Shown here one piece after another: positions 9,701 to 16,514 of a stretch of DNA of 21,848 nucleotides. Numbering within the stretch: the first letter of the stretch is position 1; each line of letters begins with the position of its first letter. Made by a program: the position numbers and the translations under genes. This DNA comes from Myxococcota bacterium (GTDB lineage Bacteria > Myxococcota > JACRCW01). The stretch spans positions 1 to 21,848 of the forward strand of contig JBFMGU010000182.1 in NCBI GenBank assembly GCA_040752415.1, in the 5' to 3' direction. A model generated the notes under the pieces. It searched no databases, had not been told where the DNA came from, and saw only the letters and a list, made by a program, of their open reading frames with translations.

Positions 9701-12430
9701 GTGGACCGCCTCGGCACCGACGCACTGCGCGCCCCCGACTACCGCCAGTTCATTGGTGGCGCGGGCCCACTGCGGGCGCGGCACACGCAAGCCAACGCAC
9801 TGCCCGTGGCCATGCTGGAGACGCTGCGCGTCCAGGTGGAGCTGGCGCGCCGCCTGGTGGACACCGGCCGCTCCACGCCCAGTGAGGCCGTGTTGCAGCA
9901 CGCGTTGCAGGTGCTGCGCTACGTCCAGCTCATCCGCCCCCAGGCCCTCCTCCTGCAGCAGCGCGCGGTGGAAGCGGCCACGGCGGCGGGGCAGCCGGTG
10001 CCGGCGTGGACCGGCAAGGCCGAAGAGGTGGATGCCGCGCTGCAGCGGGCCATGGGAGCTTTCCTGGCGCAGGTTGCCGCGCACCGCTCCGGCCGCAACC
10101 CGTTGGGCATTGAGGACGAGGACCTGCCGCTGTACTTCCTCGGCGACGAGGCGAGCGCCCCTTCGCGCTTCTGGGCCGTCTCGGACTTCCTCATCGGCGT
10201 GGGCGGCAACACCTCCGGCTGGGCTCCTGACCAGGTGGCCGACGCGGACGCCGCGCTGGCCGCCGCGCGCAGCGCCTGGCAGCAGCGTGAGGGCCGCACC
10301 CTGGAGCGCGCGCTCACCGCCCAGGAGCAGGCCCAGCGCGAGTTGGAGGTGCGACGCCGGTACGGCGACCAGGTCCTCTCGTTGTGTGGCGACGTGGCCG
10401 GTCTTGCTTCCGAGGACATCCTGGAGACCGCCGGCAACATCTCGGGGAACAACTGCTACGTGCGGCCGGAGTGCAGCGTGGACGCCCAGCGCTACCTGGG
10501 ACGGCTCCGCACCCGCGACGTGGACGCGCAGGTGTGCATGGTGCGCAAGCTGGCGGCCCTGACGGGGAACGCAGTGCGCTTCCGCTCACCCGAGATGAAC
10601 GACATCGCGCAAGCCACCTGCTCCTCCACCACGTTCTTGGCCACGGGCTGCCCCGAGGCCGGTGGGGGCGCCTGCTACCGGTGCTTCGCTGGCTTCGTCG
10701 AGCTGGTGGCCCCAATCGCGCTCTCGACGTTGGGGGACGTGGACATCTCCTCGGCCAGCGTCGACCAGATCACGCACGCCAAGGCCGCGTGTGAGCAGCA
10801 ATACGGCTCCGTCAGCGGGTTGCCCCTGGACGAGGACAGCCGGTTGCCCGCGTCCTGCTACCAGGGCTCGCTGGGGGAGACGGCGCTGGAGGTGCGCGGG
10901 TTGGCCACGGCGGTGTCCGCGGCGCGGTCGGAGCTGGCGGAGAAGACCGAAGCCTACGACGTGGCGATGCGCTCATGCATCCTGCTCATCACTGCGCAGG
11001 ACGCCAAGGAGGAGGCCAACACCGCGTACCGGTCCTCCGTGGGGATCCTCAAGGGCATCGCCTATGTCGCGAACATGACGGACGACGCGCTGCAGGCGGT
11101 CAACGACTGCGGGGTGGCGGCGGCCGGCGACTGGAACGGCATCTCGCTGCTCACGTGCGCCGCGGCGGCGGCGCAGGTGGCCGTCAAGCTCACCGCGCGT
11201 ACCGCGGACTACGGCGTCGAGGTGGCCACCCTGGCCCACGAGGCAGTGATCGAGCAGCTCGACAACGAGCTGGAGGCCCAGCGCTGCATGAATGACGCGG
11301 GCATGAACCTGGTGGGCGCGCGCTCGGCGGCGCTGCGCATCACGCAGGCCCGGCAGGACCTGGAAATGGCGCTCAACCGCTTCGCCGACCAGCGTGTCGC
11401 GGTGGCGGCCCTGATGGTGGAGGGAGCGCAGGAGCTGGCGCGCGTGCGCGGAGGGAGCGCGTCCGTGATGCCGCTGGCGGAGGACTTCTGGCTGAGTGAG
11501 GCCGTGCGCGCCTTTGCCCGGAAGATGCGCCTGGCCAAGCGCGTGGTCTACCTGGCGGTGCGCGCCTACGAGTACGAGTCGCAGCAGAGCCTTGCGCTGC
11601 GCTCCGCGGTGCTGGACGCGGCGCAGCCGTCCGAGTTGGACGCAGTGCTTGATGACCTGCGCACCGCCGTGGCCACGCGCCGGGTGAACGGCAGCCTGCC
11701 GGAGGACTTCAAGGCGGTGGTGAGCCTGCGCGACCAGCTCCTGCAGCTCTCCGACACCACCGCGCAAGGACTGACCCAGCCACTCACCCCCACCGAGCGC
11801 TTCCGCATGTTGCTTTCGGACCCGCGCTTCGCGGTGTTCGCCCCCGACGGAGCCTACCTGGGGCAGCGCATCCCGTTCTCGCTGGAGCCGTTGGGGCGCA
11901 TCGGGCTGGGCTCAGCCGGCGGCGTGAGCATCCTGGCCGGTGGCGACTGCGCCGAGCGCGTGTGGAGCGTGAATGCCTCCATCCAGGGTGGGCCGGACAT
12001 GTGGCGCGGCAGCAATCCGCCGTCGTTCACGCGCGTGGAGTTGCACAAGGCCGACACTTTCCACAGCCAGTGGTGTGTTGCACCCCTCCCCGGTGAGCCG
12101 CTCATGCAGAGCGCCTCCGTCCGCCCCGCGCGCAACCTGTTCCGAGAGCCCAACGACGTTCCGATGGTGGATAACGCGACGGCCGCCGTGGGGAACTTCA
12201 CGCGCGCGCGCATCGAGGCGACGTTCAATGTGCCGCGGCAGGAGTTCGAGCTGGACGCGTACGAGAATGGGGACTCGCTGGAATTGGCGGGTCGCGGGTT
12301 GTACGGCCAGCACGCGTTGTTCATCCCTGCGGAGTCCATCAGCCGCAACGGAAGCGACGGCCTGGACCTGAACCGGGTCGACGACGTGCTGGTGCGCTTC
12401 GACTACACGTCCGTGGCCGGCCTGCCCTGA
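6770..12430 (+). CDS. 1886-aa putative lipoprotein: Ser-rich linker, Cys-rich modules, C-terminal region resembling Tc toxin A subunit pore and TcB-binding domains
   Basis: Uninterrupted ORF with GC-rich third positions. Signal MRALRLPIAYTLLLGA|C; ~140-aa Ser/Gly linker; Cys-rich repeat CVSDGDCPCGTHCVLGEC; long helices around a hydrophobic hairpin; C-terminal ELAGRGLYG...LDLNRVDDVLVRFDYTS. The CDS is well supported; the TcA-like call is tentative (~0.55). Confidence 0.85.
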   Translation: MRALRLPIAYTLLLGACTGPGGTGSGASGGTDQPGSTSSASFSSASSASSSSGATGTGSSAGSSSSTGGSTSASSSASSSGSASSSGSITSGSPASSSGSASSSGSITSGSSSSSGVTSSSQATSSGAPATSSSSGEGSSTSVEASSTSSSSGAVSASSSSGGADGGYPDAGQGDAGQDDGGAPALSRCIPDPVLVASGAGCVSDGDCPCGTHCVLGECLADCTEQAPCGAGNVCDQFGRCRAATDSEIVVTAQPEFEAPWRVWPLLVKVPDVAQAQELRVLTEGTALGAVRVLGDDVVEVQCAPAEPFGRECRAEGVSARSELTVGVRLTRPLAGDELGTVKVYSGSRVEVVSVEGAAYVPPPPPPPQSPPPGADISGVYEGNAQLQYIRGYNWDLGRLEGPTVTRSALANLKAEVHGTSESAVIVLRDESRVMLPTGAWVGSLQRHPLLGYTFLQLPRIRVVEDEVLPGMDVEALLEGWAPLVGVQVATDVTLTATVVLIPSGVLDNPVRPSEVWALALVRSGALPGGATAPPVPAEEAPLHDVTRARQVGPWMETHRAAVTPPDWDAAAAHAAELADSLISGEPRADACGLDEASLLAVSRAATSRLLLRPAQGFTHSQTALGQTTLTLNAPGYLNPSATDGGPLVATVLGALDRLNFSTLSVRMAPGTPLAVDGVAVACAGRLPAGTLTLVGSGFGGPQYDSRSYPEALWDECAALSAATGCTAQALASPRAEPVALSFTASNDDRPGPLAWQPTGPAGIQVTSICVLPRVIPACQESLSCAAPVAGDDASLAGSRFGTVAGSNSGDLACAWGARAAGLDLSTQRDLPDGDARKRPAAALLQECVDELDALRNTVPPVAPAGNDNAARLAAIWSGGTCLDPARLMTLLDLLVDDQNGAPGAPFHPRQAYLQALLSQWLEVHALLAREATEREVLAEIIRRAPGSDAAPATPADLFDRSLRGWLLLLHPRMATAVDRLGTDALRAPDYRQFIGGAGPLRARHTQANALPVAMLETLRVQVELARRLVDTGRSTPSEAVLQHALQVLRYVQLIRPQALLLQQRAVEAATAAGQPVPAWTGKAEEVDAALQRAMGAFLAQVAAHRSGRNPLGIEDEDLPLYFLGDEASAPSRFWAVSDFLIGVGGNTSGWAPDQVADADAALAAARSAWQQREGRTLERALTAQEQAQRELEVRRRYGDQVLSLCGDVAGLASEDILETAGNISGNNCYVRPECSVDAQRYLGRLRTRDVDAQVCMVRKLAALTGNAVRFRSPEMNDIAQATCSSTTFLATGCPEAGGGACYRCFAGFVELVAPIALSTLGDVDISSASVDQITHAKAACEQQYGSVSGLPLDEDSRLPASCYQGSLGETALEVRGLATAVSAARSELAEKTEAYDVAMRSCILLITAQDAKEEANTAYRSSVGILKGIAYVANMTDDALQAVNDCGVAAAGDWNGISLLTCAAAAAQVAVKLTARTADYGVEVATLAHEAVIEQLDNELEAQRCMNDAGMNLVGARSAALRITQARQDLEMALNRFADQRVAVAALMVEGAQELARVRGGSASVMPLAEDFWLSEAVRAFARKMRLAKRVVYLAVRAYEYESQQSLALRSAVLDAAQPSELDAVLDDLRTAVATRRVNGSLPEDFKAVVSLRDQLLQLSDTTAQGLTQPLTPTERFRMLLSDPRFAVFAPDGAYLGQRIPFSLEPLGRIGLGSAGGVSILAGGDCAERVWSVNASIQGGPDMWRGSNPPSFTRVELHKADTFHSQWCVAPLPGEPLMQSASVRPARNLFREPNDVPMVDNATAAVGNFTRARIEATFNVPRQEFELDAYENGDSLELAGRGLYGQHALFIPAESISRNGSDGLDLNRVDDVLVRFDYTSVAGLP
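6996..7102 (+). repeat. In-frame tandem duplication, 54-bp period, 2 copies
   Basis: cggcctcgtcgagcggctccgcgtcctcaagcgggtcgatcacgtccggcagc starts at both 6996 and 7050 (ASSSGSASSSGSITSGS). Confidence 0.95.
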
Positions 12431-12432
12431 GG

Positions 12433-12651
12433 CGGTGCGGTTTCCCGGGGGGACGCTCCCACTGGGTCCTCCGCACCGGCACGCCAGCCAAACGTGAATG
12501 GCTGGGGTCCTGGGCGAGGGCCCGCCATGAAGTGGCGGCCGGAACGGTCGGCCCCCTCGCCGGAACCGGTGCGGGTAGCGCCCAGAGCCTTCCGCGGCCT
12601 GCGGGAAGCGTCCCGGGTACCCCCCAGAACCTTCTGACCCCTACCCGGGAC
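12433..12651. other. Densely structured intergenic segment (multi-stem; ncRNA, terminator region or repeat element)
   Basis: Nested stems: 12450-12460/12603-12614, 12462-12466/12581-12585, 12471-12479/12566-12574, 12484-12490/12499-12505, 12513-12520/12554-12561, 12522-12527/12533-12538; also 12610-12619/12642-12651. Confidence 0.5.
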
Positions 12652-12773
12652 CCTCCCCGCCCCCCCTCCGGACGTGTCGGGGGCGCGTTGGGAGGTGTGT
12701 CAGGGCCACCTCGTGCGCGTCGCGCAGCCGTACCCACATCAGCGGGGACGGGAGGTCAAAATCGCTGCGGCGC

Positions 12774-14213
12774 TCAGGGTGCGCGGTAGACGACCTTGAC
12801 ACTGGCCGAGGCGACGCCGGTGTTTCCGGAAAGATCACTCGCGCTGCAGCGGATGCCGGTGGTGCCCACGCGGAACAAGCTTCCCGACGCCGGAGTGCAG
12901 CTCACGGGACGTTGTCCGGCAGCCACGTCCTGCGCGCTCGCGGAGAAGGTGACAACAGCGCCGTCGGGATTGGTGGTTGTCACCTGCTTGGCCACGGAGA
13001 TCCTCACCAGCGGCGGCCGCGTGTCCTGGATGCGGACGGTGAATGACCCCGTGCCGGTGTTGCCCGCCTCGTCCGTGGCCGTGCACGCCACGTTGGTCAG
13101 CCCCAGCGCAAACAGGCTCCCCGACTCTGGCGTGCAGCTCACCACGGGTGCGGCGGTGGCGTTGTCGGAGGCGGTGACCGCGTACGTCACCACGCGGTAG
13201 CCCATGGTGCCCGCTTCCAGCGTGAGGGCTCCGGGCAGCGTGAGCACCGGCGGCGCGGTATCCCGCGACACCACGGTGGTGGTCTCCGCCATGCTCGCCG
13301 CCACGTCGTCGCAGCCGGAGTACACGGCCTGGATGGTCCAGGTTCCCAGCAGGCTCTCATCCGGAGCCCAGGTGGTGATGAAGCGACCATCTCCGTCGTT
13401 GTCGGTGTCGGTGCCCAGCGGGAGGGTGGTCTCTCCCTGCACCGCGGTGAACAGGACATCACCGACCCCCGGCCCCACCAACGGCACGCCGTCGGCGCGA
13501 ACCTCCACCTCCACCGCGGTGGCCTGGCCCACGTAGAGGAGCACCGGCGGAGCTCCCGCCGCGAAGGAGACCGCGGTGGGCACCAACGTCTCCACAGTGA
13601 GCGTGAGGGGATTGGACTGCTGCTCTCCGGCCGCACCACCGTCGCGTGGGGGCCCCCGGACCCAGGCAGCCACGGTATGCGGGCCATCCGCCAGCGCCAC
13701 CGTGCTGGTGCACCCCCAGGTGCAACCGGATGCGGGAAGCTGTGCCGTACACAGGACCGCGTCACCCTCGCGCACCTCCACCTGGTCAACAACTTCGAAC
13801 GAGCACCCGTTGCCGTAGAAGGAGGGGTAGGCCGTGTCGACGGTGCCGGTGGGACCGTCCAACCCGAACCCTGGGTGGTTTCTGCAGATGGGACACCCGG
13901 GGCAGGTCTTGCCATTCGTGCGGTACGAGGTCTCGACCACGATGAGGCAGGGGGTGGGCAGGGGGTCGCAGGGCAACGCGGGGCACTCGAAATCGCAGTA
14001 GGGGCAGCCGTAGCAGGGGCTGCCATTGACGTCGCAGGAGCCCAGCGGGTCTCTGGACTCGGGACAGAGGTCCGGGTCGAAGGGCTCGCACCCGAGCTCC
14101 CCGTCCGTGGGACAGTGATCGACTCTGTCGGGGGGGCACTCCTGGGTCTGGGCGGAAACTGGACCAACGAGGACCAACAACGTCAGGCAGGCGGGCACGA
14201 GCGACTTGGTCAT
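12774..14213 (-). CDS. Secreted protein: Cys-rich N-terminus, Ig-like domains, two C-terminal HYR domains
   Basis: Signal peptide MTKSLVPACLTLLVLVGPVSA|Q; ~90-aa Cys/Pro-rich segment; two HYR repeats (DTAPPVLTLP...SCTPESGSLFALGLTNVACTATDEAGN; DTRPP...SCTPASGSLFRVGTTGIRCSASDLSGN). Confidence 0.85.
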   Translation of the reverse strand: MTKSLVPACLTLLVLVGPVSAQTQECPPDRVDHCPTDGELGCEPFDPDLCPESRDPLGSCDVNGSPCYGCPYCDFECPALPCDPLPTPCLIVVETSYRTNGKTCPGCPICRNHPGFGLDGPTGTVDTAYPSFYGNGCSFEVVDQVEVREGDAVLCTAQLPASGCTWGCTSTVALADGPHTVAAWVRGPPRDGGAAGEQQSNPLTLTVETLVPTAVSFAAGAPPVLLYVGQATAVEVEVRADGVPLVGPGVGDVLFTAVQGETTLPLGTDTDNDGDGRFITTWAPDESLLGTWTIQAVYSGCDDVAASMAETTTVVSRDTAPPVLTLPGALTLEAGTMGYRVVTYAVTASDNATAAPVVSCTPESGSLFALGLTNVACTATDEAGNTGTGSFTVRIQDTRPPLVRISVAKQVTTTNPDGAVVTFSASAQDVAAGQRPVSCTPASGSLFRVGTTGIRCSASDLSGNTGVASASVKVVYRAP

Positions 14214-14369
14214 GCGCAACACCTTAGCGCGCCCCCGCACCCCCGTGAACGGCACTCCGCGGCGCGCAGCGGGCCCACGACGCGGTTCCGGGGCGGCTCC
14301 GGAGGAGCGTCGTCGCCGCTTCGTGCGTCGTGCGCCTATAGGCCTCTAACAACCTGACGGGAGGGCTAC

Positions 14370-15061
14370 ATCCAGAAGCTGACGGAGGCACACGGAGCAT
14401 CCACCACGTTGCGCGCACTGCGGTTCCTGAGCATCCGGCTGCGCTCACGACCGGAGACGCAGGGCCTGGTGGACGGCGTGCAGAAGGCGCGCAAGGAGCT
14501 GGGCGCCGACGACGACGCGTGGGAGCAGGCACAGTGGGAACGCGTGGCCGCCACGGCGGAGGTCACGACCTGGTCGGCAAGGTCAACAACGAGGTGATCT
14601 CGCTGGGCGTCCAGGGGCGGGCGCTGGTGAACGGCAACGTGAAGGACCCGCGCTACACCACGTTGATGCACGTGCAGCCGTCGGAGGCCGTGAAGGGCAT
14701 GGCCGACGACGCGCAGAACCGCTTCGTGGCGCACCTCATCAGCCAGCTGGAGACGCAGCAGGCCATGGAGCCGCTGAAGGGTTATGCGGTCGGACTGCGT
14801 GAGTGGCACGCCCGGATCGACGCCGCGATCAAGGAGCGCGAGGCGCGCTTCATCCCGGAGATGAAGGCGCAGGGGGAGCGTCGGACGGCGCTGCTGCGCG
14901 CGCAGCGGGTCTACACCACCATGCACCCGCAGCTGGTGATCACGCTGGGCGACGAGTCGCTCGCCGAGAGCTTCTTCCGCCCGCTCAAGAAGCCGCGTCG
15001 CGCCACCGAGGAGGAGACGGTGGACACCGACGCGAGCGAGGACGTGGAAGCGGTGGGTTGA
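14370..15061 (+). pseudogene. Frameshifted helical hypothetical protein
   Basis: GGGAGG (14359-14364) precedes an in-frame ATC at 14370 (IQKLTEAHG...WERVAATAEV). Coding-like sequence continues in another frame after ~14565 (DLVGKVNNEV...AESFFRPLKK) to TGA 15061. Confidence 0.65.
14373..14494 (+). repeat. Right copy of the imperfect direct repeat (partner of 6500-6630)
   Basis: Direct alignment with 6500-6630, e.g. shared gcgcgcactgcggttcctgagcatccg and ggcgtgcagaaggcgcgcaa. Confidence 0.9.
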
Positions 15062-15191
15062 AGACCACGGAGCAACCCCCGATCGATCTCCCAGGCGGTC
15101 ATGGCGGAGACCGTGATCGTTTCGAGTTGCCCTTGAGGCGTGGGGCCTCCAACCACGCGGAGACCGCGTTGGTGTCCAGGAGATACGTCAT
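15062..15191 (-). pseudogene. vapC: Truncated, frameshifted VapC-like PIN-domain toxin
   Basis: MTYLLDTNAVSAWL (PIN N-terminal motif) from ATG 15191. In a shifted frame ITVSAMTAWEIDRGL matches the S..T..E...G PIN motif. The sequence is cut off at the convergent gene's stop codon. Confidence 0.7.
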
Positions 15192-15790
15192 GGTGCGCTG
15201 GATGTACCGTGGTCGCCGTTGCAGCGCGTTGGTGAGCTCCGCGGCCGCCTCATCCGAAAGGTCCTGGAAGGTCCGCGCAGCCCACCGCTCCCGCCATTGC
15301 TTCGGGGTGAAGCCGGGGATGGTGACTTCGAACGGCAACGGTATTCCTCGAGCGCGAAGCGCGCGTACGGCGGCCTGCACGGCGAGAAAGGACTCGTCGC
15401 ACCACTCCACGATCGCCGCGGGCAAGGGGCGGACATCGACGACCGCTTCCGAGGCTGCGGCGAGGAGAACGAGGCCGCGCATGAAGACCCCGACTTCGCC
15501 CTGCAGCTCCTTGCGCAGCCTTTCCTCATCGGTTTCGTGGATCCTCGCAAGGACGTCTTCAACGGCGGCGCCGGGGAGCGTGAAGGCGGTGGCGATCACG
15601 GGGAGCAGCGTGCGGAGCCACTCCAATCCCTCTTCGTCCACCGACGCTCTCCAATCGGTCGCGGAACGCAGGGGCTCGAGAACGTCGCGTCGGAAGGCGT
15701 TCGGGTACCATTGCAGCGTTGCTCTCAGCTGAGCGGGACCCGTTCCGCAGCGCTGGGAGACGGATCAATCGCCAAGACCGGCAGTCCCAT
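15192..15790 (-). pseudogene. Hypothetical protein upstream of the vapC remnant (candidate antitoxin), probably frameshifted near its 5' end
   Basis: The frame of ORF 15099-15641 stays open upstream (AQLRATLQWYPNAFRRDVLEPLRS...) without a start codon. ATG 15790 (MGLPVLAIDPSPSAAERV) joins it with a 1-nt shift near 15735. The 3' end runs in frame into the vapC ATG. Confidence 0.45.
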
Positions 15791-15935
15791 GTGGGGATCA
15801 TGGCGCCGGCGGAGCCGACAACCACCGTCAGTGCAGGGCACGGCACAACGGCGAATTGCCGGAGCTGGAGGCGGACCGCTTCAGTCTCCGCCTGCGCGTC
15901 TTGGGGCCGTCGCCGGGGGAACAGCCACCTGACGC

Positions 15936-16514
15936 TCAGCGTCGCACCACGCCCTGGTTGCGCAGCACGTCCTCCCACGCACGTCGGGAACCCTTCTTGG
16001 CGCGTCGGGAGGGGCCGGTGGGGAGCGCGGCCAGGACCTGCTTCGGTCGACGGGTCAGGAACGCGTGCGTCAGCGCAATGGCAAGCGCGTCGCTGGCGTC
16101 CTCCTGCGCCACCTCTCCCAGCCCCATGAGCGCCGCCACCATGGCCTGCACGCTCTCCTTGCCCGCACGACCAGTACCCGTCACCGCCAGCTTCACCTGC
16201 ATGGGGCCGTACTCGAAGACCTGGAGACCGGCCTGCGCCACCGTCACCAGCGCCGCACCACGCGCCTGACCGAGCACCAGCGCGCTGCGCGGGTTCTTGG
16301 AGTGGTACGCCGTCTCGATGCTGCACACCGACGGGCGATACGTCCCGATGACCTCACCGAGCTTGCCGGCAATGAACGTGAGCCGCGCGGGAAGTGCTTC
16401 CTCACGCGGGATGATGACGCCGTTGTCGACGTGAGCGGGCTTGCCGTCCGCCCCAGCGTCGACGACGGCCCAACCCGTCTTCAGACTGCCGGGGTCCACT
16501 CCCAGGATGCGCAT
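15936..16514 (-). CDS. ruvC: Crossover junction endodeoxyribonuclease RuvC
   Basis: MRILGVDPGS..TGW, SIETAY, LVLGQARG, VKLAVTGTGRAGKESVQAMV and EDASDALAIALTH, with the acidic catalytic residues present. Confidence 0.97.
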   Translation of the reverse strand: MRILGVDPGSLKTGWAVVDAGADGKPAHVDNGVIIPREEALPARLTFIAGKLGEVIGTYRPSVCSIETAYHSKNPRSALVLGQARGAALVTVAQAGLQVFEYGPMQVKLAVTGTGRAGKESVQAMVAALMGLGEVAQEDASDALAIALTHAFLTRRPKQVLAALPTGPSRRAKKGSRRAWEDVLRNQGVVRR

